In this document: positions 26,259-35,934 of the stretch, piece by piece
How the letters are laid out: each line of letters begins with the position of its first letter
Numbering within the stretch: position 1 is the stretch's first letter
Virus record (IMG/VR): IMGVR_UViG_3300033417_000007
Source: an uncultured virus (IMG/VR IMGVR_UViG_3300033417_000007)
Taxonomy: Duplodnaviria > Heunggongvirae > Uroviricota > Caudoviricetes
Strand: one strand, 5' to 3'
DNA: 64,000 nt
Translations under genes and position numbers: made by a program
Notes under the pieces: model-generated
Told to the model about the DNA's origin: nothing
The model's input: only the letters and a program-made list of their open reading frames with translations
Database searches by the model: none

Positions 26259-27673
26259 TGTCGACCGTTCTTGAGGTCGAGTTCCGAGGTGGCGGCAAGC
26301 AGTGGTTCGAGTGGAAGCCGCGTTACCTGAACTTCCTCGGGGTTCTCTTCGACAACCCTCCGGACGGGTTCATCAACGGCGACGGGGGCACGAACGGGAC
26401 GATATCGTTCCTGACAGACGCCATCGGCGCGCTCCAGAACAGCTGGCTGCGGGTGCCGATCTACCGGCGCAACGGTTCCGTCGGTCCCGTCAGCGTGTCC
26501 TACTCGTTCGAGGACATCACCGCAGTCAACGGCGTGGACTACGTCGGGGTGGACGGCTCCTTCTTCTGGGATGACGGGGACTTCCGGGTCGTCTACATCC
26601 CCGTCAGCATCGAGGACGTGGAGGCGAACAAGACCTTTCGGATCCGCCTGTCGGATCCGACGGGAGGCGCTGTTCTCGATCCGGCTCTCGACGAGGTCGT
26701 CGTCACGATCGAGCTGGTCCCGGGATCCCGAGGGATCATCGGGTTCATCGACAGGGTCCAGTACACCAAGCACACGACGACCTTCGTCGCGACCATCTAC
26801 CGGTTCAACGGGTCCGTCGGCGCGGTGTCCATCGATTACGCGACGGAAGACGGCTCGGGCGTCGCGGGGGTCGACTACACGGCGGCGTCCGGCACGCTTA
26901 ACTGGGCCGACGGCGACCAGGCGCTGAAGACCGTGAACATCACGATCCTCAGTCCGGCCGCCGACAAGGACTTCTTCCTGCGACTGCAAGACGCGACCGG
27001 AGGCGCGGGGATCCTCGAGTCCAACAATCCTCTTGAGATCAACATCTTCGGGTCCACCGCGGACGCGAATGCCGGGGAGTTCGGCTTCGACGTGATCTCG
27101 GCGCAGGTGGGGGAGAGCCAGAACCTGACCGTCACGGTGAAGCGCCTGAACGGTAAGACGGGTGCCGTCTCCGTGAACTATGCGACGGCCGACGGTACGG
27201 CGGCGGCCGGGACCAACTACACGAACACCTCCGGCACGCTTAACTGGGCCGACCAGGACGATGCCGACCAGACCTTCGTCGTGCCGATCTTGACGGTCGG
27301 ATTTCCGGCGTTCTTCACGGTCGGCCTCGACACACCAGGGGGAGGCGCCACGGTCCAGGAGGACCGCGGAACGCAGACCGTCACCATCCTCGACAGCGCG
27401 ACGGCCAATCCGGAAGTTCCGCTTTCGGATATCGTGGTCGGCGACATGTTCTACACGATCGGGGAGACGGTGGTCGATACCCCGATGGCCTATAAGAACG
27501 TGAACATCCATCCGCTGCTCTGGACGGCGCTCGACGGGGGTGTCGCCGGTTGGGATGGGGGGTCCTCGAACTTCGGGGGGTCGACGGATCTCGCGAACGA
27601 CGACGGCGACCTGGCCGCGTCGATGCCGCTTCGGTTCCAGATGTACGAGCAGGTGGAGGGGGTTGCCGAATGA
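26258..27673 (+). CDS. Protein with three Calx-beta domains; candidate receptor-binding spike
   Basis: Three RxNG..G.VSV.Y.T.DG.A.AG.DY...SGTL.W.DGD-type repeats. Confidence 0.9.
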   Translation: MSTVLEVEFRGGGKQWFEWKPRYLNFLGVLFDNPPDGFINGDGGTNGTISFLTDAIGALQNSWLRVPIYRRNGSVGPVSVSYSFEDITAVNGVDYVGVDGSFFWDDGDFRVVYIPVSIEDVEANKTFRIRLSDPTGGAVLDPALDEVVVTIELVPGSRGIIGFIDRVQYTKHTTTFVATIYRFNGSVGAVSIDYATEDGSGVAGVDYTAASGTLNWADGDQALKTVNITILSPAADKDFFLRLQDATGGAGILESNNPLEINIFGSTADANAGEFGFDVISAQVGESQNLTVTVKRLNGKTGAVSVNYATADGTAAAGTNYTNTSGTLNWADQDDADQTFVVPILTVGFPAFFTVGLDTPGGGATVQEDRGTQTVTILDSATANPEVPLSDIVVGDMFYTIGETVVDTPMAYKNVNIHPLLWTALDGGVAGWDGGSSNFGGSTDLANDDGDLAASMPLRFQMYEQVEGVAE

Positions 27674-28128
27674 GCGGGTGGACGTTCGTCGACCTCTCCC
27701 GCGCCGTCGAATCGGAGTCCGAGGCGAAGGCGTGGCTCCTTTCTGAAGGAAGGAACGCTGCCGCGAAGTTCCTCGGGACCGAGGTGTTCGCGCCGTTCTC
27801 CTGCTCTATCGTCACGAAGCGGTCCGGAGTTGTCGAGCCGATCAGGTTCTCCATGGTCGGGCGCTCGGGCGTCAAGTCCGCGGCGACCGCGCATCTATAT
27901 CTTTCCGGGTGGAGCGGCATCGCGTTCGTCTCCTGGAAAGGAGCGGACCGAGAAGTCCAGATCCGCCCGAAGTCGGCTCTCCTCTGGGATCCTTCGGCGG
28001 TCTCCGTGTGCTACAGGGATCCGCGTCCGGATGGCGCCGACCTGTCCATTCTTCAGGCGATTTATGCCGGGGAGGGGAGGTCTACTGAAGGGGCGAAACG
28101 TGCGCTTCTCCTTATGCAGGATCGGTGA
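27670..28128 (+). CDS. Hypothetical protein
   Basis: ATGA overlap with the upstream gene; GGAGG SD. Confidence 0.65.
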   Translation: MSGWTFVDLSRAVESESEAKAWLLSEGRNAAAKFLGTEVFAPFSCSIVTKRSGVVEPIRFSMVGRSGVKSAATAHLYLSGWSGIAFVSWKGADREVQIRPKSALLWDPSAVSVCYRDPRPDGADLSILQAIYAGEGRSTEGAKRALLLMQDR

Positions 28129-28189
28129 TCGACGTGGTACACTGGTGGCAATGCGACCGGGGTTGAACGTGATACCTGATGGAGACATC

Positions 28190-28423
28190 ATGCTTCAACC
28201 GGATATGAACGACGTGATCGGAAGTCTGGCGTGGAAGATCATCGGCATTCTTGGCGCCGCGATTGCGGCCATGGGCGGCTACATCGTCGGGATGCACGCG
28301 AAGCATTCCGCGAAGGTCGAGGAGATGTACAAGGCGAGACTCGAAGACCTGAAGGACAGCCATCGTCTGATCGATACGCTTATGGAGGCGGTTCGAACCA
28401 AAACGAAAGGGGGTCCCTCATGA
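28190..28423 (+). CDS. Single-pass membrane protein (holin/antiholin-like)
   Basis: LAWKIIGILGAAIAAMGGYIVG followed by a charged helix. Confidence 0.6.
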   Translation: MLQPDMNDVIGSLAWKIIGILGAAIAAMGGYIVGMHAKHSAKVEEMYKARLEDLKDSHRLIDTLMEAVRTKTKGGPS

Positions 28424-28623
28424 TCGGCTCCAGGGAATCTTCCATGGAGAGGGAGGCGAGGTATCTCGCGGACAGTTTCAAGTCGAAGATCTCCGAGCTC
28501 TACCTCATGATCCAGTGCGGAGAGATCAAGGGAGAGGAGTTGTCGCTCGCGAAGAAGGCTCTCACGAGTCTCAAGGAGAAGCTCGACGCGCAGTTGCTTC
28601 GGCTCCAGGTCACGAAACATTGA
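28420..28623 (+). CDS. Small helical protein
   Basis: ATGA overlap; coiled-coil pattern. Confidence 0.6.
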   Translation: MIGSRESSMEREARYLADSFKSKISELYLMIQCGEIKGEELSLAKKALTSLKEKLDAQLLRLQVTKH

Positions 28624-28633
28624 TGGAGGGAAC

Positions 28634-28939
28634 ATGGACCAGATCGACGCGAAGACGTTTCTCTTGGTCATGGCCGGGACGGTCGCGGCCATCGAAGTGC
28701 TGAAGGCGTTCCTGGCGAAGTTCATCTCAGGGAAGGAGACGGCGCTCGCGATCGTGCTGCCGGTCCTCTTCACGGTAGGGGCGAAGCTCGCGGGCTTCTT
28801 CCCGGCCACGGAGTGGGTGGACGCGCTTCTGTGGGCCGTCGGAAGCGGCGTCGGGGGCGGCGTCGCGCACGACAAACTGCTCGATCCGGCCAAGAACATT
28901 CTCGCGAAGCTCCTTCCAAAGAAGCCTCCCGCATCGTAG
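28634..28939 (+). CDS. Holin-like membrane protein
   Basis: Three hydrophobic segments and a basic C-terminus; 101 aa. Confidence 0.65.
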   Translation: MDQIDAKTFLLVMAGTVAAIEVLKAFLAKFISGKETALAIVLPVLFTVGAKLAGFFPATEWVDALLWAVGSGVGGGVAHDKLLDPAKNILAKLLPKKPPAS

Positions 28940-28988
28940 GATGGGGGTGTCGCGGGAGGGTTTCCGGGAGACGGTACAAGGAGGATTC

Positions 28989-29237
28989 ATGGTCGGCCGA
29001 ATGATCGCTCTTTTCGTCGGCGTAGTGCTCATTTCGGGGTGCTGCAGCTTCCCGGTTGAGGCCGGGTCCATGCGGGACCTCGAGGAGAAGCAGGGGAAGT
29101 ACTTCGCGAAGTACCTCGGGTACGTCGAGAAGGATCCGGCGCTCTCGGACCCCCAGAAGGACGACGAGAAGAAGGCGGTCGAGGCGATCATGCGGCAGAC
29201 CGAGTCGCTGCGCAAGTCGATCGAGGGGGAGGACTAG
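28989..29237 (+). CDS. Small lipoprotein
   Basis: MVGRMIALFVGVVLISG-C lipobox. Confidence 0.75.
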   Translation: MVGRMIALFVGVVLISGCCSFPVEAGSMRDLEEKQGKYFAKYLGYVEKDPALSDPQKDDEKKAVEAIMRQTESLRKSIEGED

Positions 29238-29240
29238 CCG

Positions 29241-29612
29241 ATGGCGCTTGACACGGAAGCCTTGAAGGCGCTTCTTCTCGAGGGCGGTTCGAGCGTCTTC
29301 AGCATCATCAAGAAGCGCGCCGGCGAGCACCTCGACCTCGCGCGGGTTCGGAAGGACTTCGTCGAGGAGCGGTCCAAGCGGCTCCTCGAGCTCGGCGTCG
29401 AGTTCGCGCGCGCGACCTCCGACGAAGAGCGCGCGCGGATCAAGGAGAGCATGGCCACGGTGACCGACGCGATCACGTCGGAGCTGTGGGCTGCAGCGAC
29501 CGACCAGTCGGCCTCCTCGCGAAACACCATCAAGGCGGCGGTGGAGGGTGTCCGAGACTTCCTGGTCTCGGCGCTGCCGGTGGTTGCGAAGATCCTGCTC
29601 GGAGCGATCTAG
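29241..29612 (+). CDS. Helical protein with hydrophobic C-terminus
   Basis: GGGAGG SD; amphipathic helices. Confidence 0.75.
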   Translation: MALDTEALKALLLEGGSSVFSIIKKRAGEHLDLARVRKDFVEERSKRLLELGVEFARATSDEERARIKESMATVTDAITSELWAAATDQSASSRNTIKAAVEGVRDFLVSALPVVAKILLGAI

Positions 29613-29620
29613 GAGGTTTC

Positions 29621-30724
29621 ATGCTTTACGGTCTGGGTGCCTACGAGCGCGAAGCGATCCACATGATGCCCGACACGGTCAAAATGATCGTGCTCGAGGA
29701 ACTGAGGGACCCTTCGACCCGGGCCGAGATGGTGGAAGTCCTTCGCTCGCAGGATCCGGTCGGCGCGGTCCGTCGCGGGATCTCGATGGCCGTTTCCGAT
29801 GGTCTGCGCGAGGGACAGGTCGAAGCCCAGACCGGGATGGCGATCTACGACGACGGGATGGGAGGCCTTTTCAAGAAGATCAAGAAGGCCGTCAAGAAGA
29901 CCGTGAAGAAGGTTGTCGCGCCGATCAAGAAGATCCACGCGAAGATCACCCCGAAGTTCGCCGAGAACCTCCGCAAGAAGGTCTCCGGCTCGATGAAGGA
30001 CATCCACGAGAAGCACAAGGATCTCGCCAAGAAGATCCGTCGCCAGGGGAAGCGCGTCTTCGTCAAGTACGGGCATGTGATCTTGCCGGTCGCCGGCATC
30101 ATCCTGGCCCCCTTCACGGGAGGCCTGAGCATCGCGGCGGCAGGGGTCGCGGGCGCCGGCCTCGACGTCTACAAGAAAAAGAAGGCCTACGACGAGGCGG
30201 TCCGGCAAGGGAAGAAAGACACGGCGGTCCTGGCTGCCGAGGTCGCCGCCGAGGAAGCCGCCGTCAACGCCGAGGCGGACGCCATCTACAACGCCTACCC
30301 GATTCCGTTCCAGTCGATCGGCCTTTCCCCGGACAAGTGGGCGGCGCTGTCGGTCGAAAGGAAGGTCGAGATCATCAACGCGCTCTCGAAGGGGAATCTT
30401 CCGGCCGGGTACAGCTACGTCTCGGAAGCCGAGGCTGTGGCGGCAGGAGTCGCCCCCGCGCCGCAGGAGCCCGCGAAGCCCGCGCCTTACGATCCGGTGC
30501 CGGCTTATCAGCCGCCGCCCCCTCAAGTCTACGCGCCACCTCCTCCCCCCGTCTACGTGCAGGCGCCCCCTCCGACGGTGGTCTATGCCCCCGCGGCAGA
30601 GAAATCCGAGTCGGCGGTGGCCGTGCAGGAGGCTCCCGAGCCCCAGAAGAAAGGCGGCATCGGCTGGGGATTGCTCGCGATTCCCGCCGCAGTCGTGGCT
30701 GCGGTCGTGGCTTCGAAATCGTAG
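29621..30724 (+). CDS. Membrane-anchored virion protein with a Lys-rich amphipathic segment (entry/pilot candidate)
   Basis: YGLG and DGMG|GLFKKIKKAVKK; internal TM; Pro-rich linker; C-terminal TM. Confidence 0.8.
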   Translation: MLYGLGAYEREAIHMMPDTVKMIVLEELRDPSTRAEMVEVLRSQDPVGAVRRGISMAVSDGLREGQVEAQTGMAIYDDGMGGLFKKIKKAVKKTVKKVVAPIKKIHAKITPKFAENLRKKVSGSMKDIHEKHKDLAKKIRRQGKRVFVKYGHVILPVAGIILAPFTGGLSIAAAGVAGAGLDVYKKKKAYDEAVRQGKKDTAVLAAEVAAEEAAVNAEADAIYNAYPIPFQSIGLSPDKWAALSVERKVEIINALSKGNLPAGYSYVSEAEAVAAGVAPAPQEPAKPAPYDPVPAYQPPPPQVYAPPPPPVYVQAPPPTVVYAPAAEKSESAVAVQEAPEPQKKGGIGWGLLAIPAAVVAAVVASKS

Positions 30725-30734
30725 GAGATCTCCG

Positions 30735-31292
30735 ATGTCCACCACCTATCCGGAGCCGTCGAAAGAGGTCGTCGCAAAGGCGATCTCGAGTGCCGTCGTT
30801 GCCGACTTCAAGCGATACCCTTCGATCGGACGCCTGATCAGCCGCGCGAGGATGAGTCCCAACGCACTCCGGAACATCATGTTTCGCGACATTGAGCGGG
30901 ACGTGAAGAGGGCGCCGGGGAGGCCCCTCTTCCCGTCCCTCCGGAAGGTATTCCGGACCCAGATGAGGGTCGAGGGGGCGAAGCTCCGTGGGGGCCTCTC
31001 CCAGTGGGCGGATCTTGCCGGCGCGATCGCCGGAGCGGCGAGCGGCATCGTCGGCGCGAAGATCACGGCCGAGGGGAACAAGGATCTCGCGAAGGTGCAG
31101 CTCAAGCAGGAGGCGCTCGCCCTTCAGGCCGCGCAGCTGCAGGCGGACGCCGCCCGACTCAACCTGGCCGCGGCCCAGGGGGCCCCGTCGGCCGCGACTT
31201 CCTCGGGCGCCGCGAAGTACATGATCCCCGCCGTGATCGGCGCGGGGGTCCTCGTGGCGGGCGGCGCGGCCTACATGATGATGCGGAGGTAG
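30735..31292 (+). CDS. Tail-anchored virion membrane protein
   Basis: LRGGLS motif, Ala/Gln-rich helix, C-terminal TM plus RR. Confidence 0.8.
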   Translation: MSTTYPEPSKEVVAKAISSAVVADFKRYPSIGRLISRARMSPNALRNIMFRDIERDVKRAPGRPLFPSLRKVFRTQMRVEGAKLRGGLSQWADLAGAIAGAASGIVGAKITAEGNKDLAKVQLKQEALALQAAQLQADAARLNLAAAQGAPSAATSSGAAKYMIPAVIGAGVLVAGGAAYMMMRR

Positions 31293-31294
31293 TC

Positions 31295-32335
31295 ATGCCG
31301 TTCTACGCGCCGCCCAAGAGGGTGAGATTCGGACGCGGGGTGCCGTTCGCCGGGATGGCGGACTGGGGCGCCGCCGCCGTCGGCTTGATCGCGGACAAGG
31401 AGCTCGGAGCTCTCATGAAGGGCGTCCGCGGCCTCATCGACAAGTTGATCTCGCTCATCGGGGCGAGGGGCGCCATCCTCGACGGGTACAAGGTCGCCCA
31501 TGCGCGCTACACCTCCGCGCAGGCCAAGTTCGGACCGCTCCTCATTGCCGGGCCGATGGGGATGACACAGAACGTCCTTCTTCTTCCCTTCGCCTCGGCC
31601 TACGCGACGGCCCAGAAGGGCGTCAAGGTGCTCGCGCGCGAAGTCCAGACGATCGGGTTTCTCGATAGGATCTTCACGCAGATCTCCGCCGCCCTCACCC
31701 AGGCCGGGCTCTCCTCCGACGCGAACGCCATCGACCAGGCCGTCGCGCAGATCCGCAGGTTCGCGATCGAGACCGACGACCTCTTCTTCCCGATCCCGGA
31801 GTACATGCAGACGAAGAGGTCGATTCTCACCGAGGGTGTCCCCATCTGGCGTTCGCTCGGGGTGGGGGCGACCGCCTATGACGATCCCAAGTGGATGGCC
31901 GGCTACCTCAAGGCCGCAAACGCTGTGGTCCCCGTTGAGGGGGCTCCGGCGGCTCCGGCGGACCTGCAGGCCGCCGGCATGGGGGCGCTCCCGATCATCG
32001 CCCAGATGATCCTCTACGTGATCGTGATCGTGTCGGTCGGGATGTCGCTCGCGAGCGCGATCTCGCGCGTCATTCCGAACCAGAACGCGAAGGCCGAGAC
32101 CGCGGAGAAGCTGCTGCTTGAAGCCCAGAAGCAAAAAGCGAAGGAGGCCTCCCAAATGCGGGCGGCCGGGGCGTCCGAAGCCCAGATCGACGCCCGCATG
32201 GCGGCCATCGACACGGAGGTCGCCCGGGCCGTGAGCACGGTTCCGGACGCGCCGTCCCTCTTCAAGCCCATGATCGCCGTGGCTGGCGTGGTCGCGGCCG
32301 GATACGTGGCCGGGAAGGCGACGGGGGTCCTCTAG
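31295..32335 (+). CDS. Virion membrane protein
   Basis: AGMA and AGMG motifs; internal and C-terminal TM. Confidence 0.8.
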   Translation: MPFYAPPKRVRFGRGVPFAGMADWGAAAVGLIADKELGALMKGVRGLIDKLISLIGARGAILDGYKVAHARYTSAQAKFGPLLIAGPMGMTQNVLLLPFASAYATAQKGVKVLAREVQTIGFLDRIFTQISAALTQAGLSSDANAIDQAVAQIRRFAIETDDLFFPIPEYMQTKRSILTEGVPIWRSLGVGATAYDDPKWMAGYLKAANAVVPVEGAPAAPADLQAAGMGALPIIAQMILYVIVIVSVGMSLASAISRVIPNQNAKAETAEKLLLEAQKQKAKEASQMRAAGASEAQIDARMAAIDTEVARAVSTVPDAPSLFKPMIAVAGVVAAGYVAGKATGVL

Positions 32336-32336
32336 C

Positions 32337-33635
32337 ATGGCGCCCGCGATCGACAGCCTCCGGGCCGTGCCGGAGATGGCCGTGCGGCTCCTCTGCGGCG
32401 CTTCGGTGAAGAAGTCCGGGGAGTCGGTCGTCGTCTCGTTCCAGGGCGAAGCCTTTGAGTGTCCGCTTACGGTATTCAACTACGCCTGCCAGATCGCGAA
32501 GATCCTCTCGATCGACCCCTCGCCTGTCCAGACGATGAACGACGTCCTGCGGCTGCGGCACAGGGCCGAAGACCACTTCGTGCAGATGTTCACGCTTGGA
32601 GACAAGAAGCTCCCGAAGGTGCTTTTCCTGCCGGCCGGCGAGATCGCGAGCGCCTTCTACCGGGCGCGCTTGCCGGCCGACATCCTGACTGACCAGGGGC
32701 GCCACGTTGCCCACTTCACCGAGCGGATCGACGCCATGAAGGTCCTCTACTACGAGGTGCTGTGGGTGCAGCTGGCCTGCGCGCCGATGCTTCAGAGCAT
32801 GGTCGGCCGCGTGAAGGAGGCGGGCGTCAAGATCATCTACGATGTGGACGACCGCTTCGACGTCATCCCCGACGAGAATCCCGCCGCGAAGATCTACGTC
32901 GAGCAGAAGCTCCAGTCCGTCTGGTCGATGATCAAGATGGCCGACGCGGTCTCGGTGAGCACCGAACCGCTCGCCGCACACATCCGGAAGTTCCATCCGA
33001 ACGTCCACGTCATCCCGAACGAGGTGACCGCCGCGATTCATCCGACCCGAGAGCGCAAGCCCAAGGACTTCGTCAGGATCCTCTGGGCCGGAAGCTACAC
33101 CCACAAGCGCGACCTGCGCGTGATGGCGCCGGGACTCAAGAAGGTGCTTGAGCGTCATGCCGGGAAGGTCCGCTTCACCTGCTTCGGGGACGTCCCGCCC
33201 GAGGCGCTCCACGGGGTGGAGCAGTACGTCGACCGGTTGCCCTTCGTCGGCTTCGTCGACTACGCAGAGGCCCTTGCGGGCGTGGACGCGGACATCGCGG
33301 TCGCGCCTCTTGAGGCGAGCGAGTTCAACGCCTCAAAAAGCGCCGTCAAGTACCTCGAGTACTCCGGGTGCAAGTACCCGTCGCTCCTGTCGCCCGTGGG
33401 CGAGTATACGGGACTTCCGAAAGGCGCTCCCCTTATCCATGTGAATGACGGGGAGTGGGAGAAGGCCCTCGAGTACGCGATTGGAAGCCCGTCCGAGATG
33501 GCGGCGCTCGGGGATCGCGCGAACGAGTGGGTTTCGTCCAACCGGTGCATCATCAAGTCCGGCGCTCGGAAGTGGGGGGAGCTTGTGGACGGTATCCTGT
33601 CGAACTCAAAAAAGGCCACGGAGGTGATCTCGTGA
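32337..33635 (+). CDS. GT-B (GT4-like) glycosyltransferase
   Basis: YRARLP, IIYDVDD, VSVSTEPLA, VIPN, WAGSYTH, FNASKSAVKYLEYS. Confidence 0.88.
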   Translation: MAPAIDSLRAVPEMAVRLLCGASVKKSGESVVVSFQGEAFECPLTVFNYACQIAKILSIDPSPVQTMNDVLRLRHRAEDHFVQMFTLGDKKLPKVLFLPAGEIASAFYRARLPADILTDQGRHVAHFTERIDAMKVLYYEVLWVQLACAPMLQSMVGRVKEAGVKIIYDVDDRFDVIPDENPAAKIYVEQKLQSVWSMIKMADAVSVSTEPLAAHIRKFHPNVHVIPNEVTAAIHPTRERKPKDFVRILWAGSYTHKRDLRVMAPGLKKVLERHAGKVRFTCFGDVPPEALHGVEQYVDRLPFVGFVDYAEALAGVDADIAVAPLEASEFNASKSAVKYLEYSGCKYPSLLSPVGEYTGLPKGAPLIHVNDGEWEKALEYAIGSPSEMAALGDRANEWVSSNRCIIKSGARKWGELVDGILSNSKKATEVIS

Positions 33636-34120
33636 GACTCAAAGCCTCTCCCTTCCAGTATCCCGGATACGTCCACCCCGCGTCGGACAAGGCGGCCTTC
33701 CGGGCCCAGCAGGAAGCTTGGAAGGCGTCCCTCAAGGCCCAGCAGGAAGCTCGGAAGGAGGCCTTCCGGGCCCAGCAGGAAGCTTGGAAGGTGTCCCTCA
33801 AGGCCCAGCGGGATGCGGCCGAGGCCCAAGAAAACGCTAGGCGTGCCGCCCTCAAGATTCAGCGGGAAGCCAAGATGGATCAGGAGAGGGAGCGAAAGGA
33901 GGCCGAAAAGGCCCAGAGGAGTGTGGAGAGAACGTTCCAGCACGCCCGCGGGAAGATCAACGCGCGCTTCGGCCGCTTCATCTCCCAAGGTGTCCGCGAG
34001 GCCAAGGAACTCAGGCGTAAAGGGGTTCCGTTCGGCCATGCGGTCCGCGCGATCGCGAGGGCCGCGGCCAGGCGCGGTGTCGAAGAGACGGGCATGGGAT
34101 GCCCGTGCGACGGGAGGTAG
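33632..34120 (+). CDS. Coiled-coil protein with 11-aa tandem repeats, ending TGMGCPC
   Basis: Four K.(A/S)(F/L)(R/K)AQ.. units from a 33-bp DNA repeat at about 33690-33812. Confidence 0.7.
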   Translation: MRLKASPFQYPGYVHPASDKAAFRAQQEAWKASLKAQQEARKEAFRAQQEAWKVSLKAQRDAAEAQENARRAALKIQREAKMDQERERKEAEKAQRSVERTFQHARGKINARFGRFISQGVREAKELRRKGVPFGHAVRAIARAAARRGVEETGMGCPCDGR

Positions 34121-34123
34121 GCG

Positions 34124-35245
34124 GTGAGTTCCCTTTCGGACGGCCTCGAGGATCTCGTCCTGTCGGCAAGCGCCTTCGGCGTCACCGTCGAGGGGCTGAA
34201 GAACCCGTCCAAGTTCGCCGAACGGACCGGCCTCAACAGGGCAGAAGGAAAGGGGGCTCTCGTAGGGCATACGCTCGAGTTGGCAGTGCCTGAGGACCTC
34301 AGGCAGTTCGCCTCCGGACATCAGGTGGTGGGGCGCGGTGGGAAGGTCAAGGAGACCTTCGAAGACCCTTACCTTCGCATCTCCCCGAAGCTTTCCGTCG
34401 ACTACATCCGGACGGAAGACGGCGCGAAGAAGAAGTTCGTCATGGGCAAGTCGACCCTTTTCACGAAGACGACGAAGATGTCGGCCGCGTCGTGGTCGCT
34501 CCCGGCGGGCCCCCGAAGCATCTCCGGCACCTGTGCCGCGGCCGAGATCTTCAAGAGCCCTGCGGCCTATGATGTGGCGCTTCGCCAAGGCGACGTCGAG
34601 CAGCGCGCGCCGAATCCGAAGACCTGGATCTATGCCTATTGTTATGCGGGAAAGTCCAACTACATGTATCGCAACAGCCAGTACGCGCAGCTTACGCACG
34701 CGGTCTGACTCAAGGGGATGGTCGAGGGTCATGGGGTGGACGGCGCCGCGGAGGTCATGGCCGGCGCCCTGGCCGCGCACCTCGGGAACAGGAAGAGGAG
34801 GCTGGCGTTCGGAGAGGATCCGCTTTTCTTCCGGATCCACGACTCCGGGGACTTCACGTTCTCCCCGAACACCTACCTCCTCTGGAAGCTCGTCGCGGAA
34901 GATCCCAGGATGTCCGCGGTCTCCTTCTGGGCGCCCACCAGGATGTGGGTGTTCCCGCAGTTCCGCCGGATCGTCTCGGAGAACCCTCCTCCCGAAAACA
35001 TGTCCCTTCGGCCTTCGGCGCTCCACTTCAACGACCTGGCTCCGGGGATCGACGGCTTCCATGCGGGATCGACGGCGCACACGAAGGGGACGGATCCCGT
35101 TAGGGATGGAATCGCCCAGTGGGTTTGTCCCGCGTACCAGCACGACGGAAAATCCTGTGCTGGCGGCGGGGGTCCCCAGCGCGAGAAGGATTGCCGCGCG
35201 TGCTGGAGCTACAAGGACACGGAAGTCTCCTACTTGGTCCACTGA
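34124..35245 (+). pseudogene. Gp88-like Cys-rich protein interrupted by an in-frame TGA at 34706-34708
   Basis: SWSLPAG..TC, CYAGK, FRIHDSGDF, FWAPTR and CRACW all lie in one frame across the stop. Confidence 0.75.
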
Positions 35246-35246
35246 T

Positions 35247-35528
35247 ATGAATCCGCTTGTTTCGAAGTTCGAGAAGTTCAACCGAGGCCTGTCCGTCAAG
35301 AACCCTCCTTCGATGAGAGGCGAGGACGACATCACGTCCTTCCTTCGCGTGCTGGACGCGTCCGGGGAGATCGGGAAGTTTTCCGAGGGGGACTGGATCG
35401 AGTTCGGGAAGCGAGAGGGGATGAGCGACCTCGAGATCGTCGAGCTCATCGAGCAGGCGGCCGGGTGGGTGCCCAATACGGACACCGGCCGACGCATAGA
35501 GGCCGCCGCGTGGACGAAACTCTCCTGA
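35247..35528 (+). CDS. Hypothetical protein containing MNP and KNP
   Basis: Protein-like C-terminal part of the track ORF 34338-35528. Confidence 0.65.
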   Translation: MNPLVSKFEKFNRGLSVKNPPSMRGEDDITSFLRVLDASGEIGKFSEGDWIEFGKREGMSDLEIVELIEQAAGWVPNTDTGRRIEAAAWTKLS

Positions 35529-35577
35529 GAACCTTGCGTGGGCATCGTTGTCCGCATAGAATATAGGCGAGGTCGCT

Positions 35578-35934
35578 ATGAAACGAAGGCTATCGGAAAG
35601 GCAGCTCCAAGCCGCCAGGCGCGTCACCGAGATGGTTCGCCGGCGCGGCTATCATCCGCTTGCGGCCAGGAACTTCGTCATCGACGCGATCAAGCGCGCG
35701 CGCGACGTAAAGGACGGGATGGGTCAGGATCTCTTCGAGGAAGGCGAGCCCGAGAAGAACATCCTGCAGAGGGTGTCGGAACTCGAATCCGTCAAGATGG
35801 TCCGCGAGTCCATCAGCCCCTGGCTCTGGGTGACGTCGGTGGTGGGCTTCGGGATGGCGCTCATGAACTCCCGCCGGATCGCGCTCATGTTCGGCAAGTG
35901 GAGGGCCAAGCAGCCCAAGGCAAAGACCGCATGA
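35578..35934 (+). CDS. Membrane protein with a helical leader and DGMG motif
   Basis: GAGG SD; C-terminal TM and basic tail. Confidence 0.8.
   Translation: MKRRLSERQLQAARRVTEMVRRRGYHPLAARNFVIDAIKRARDVKDGMGQDLFEEGEPEKNILQRVSELESVKMVRESISPWLWVTSVVGFGMALMNSRRIALMFGKWRAKQPKAKTA

Noticed and set aside
29621..32335. Tape-measure or tail genes
   Set aside because: The proteins are short with C-terminal anchors, and no tail tube, sheath or baseplate motifs were seen.
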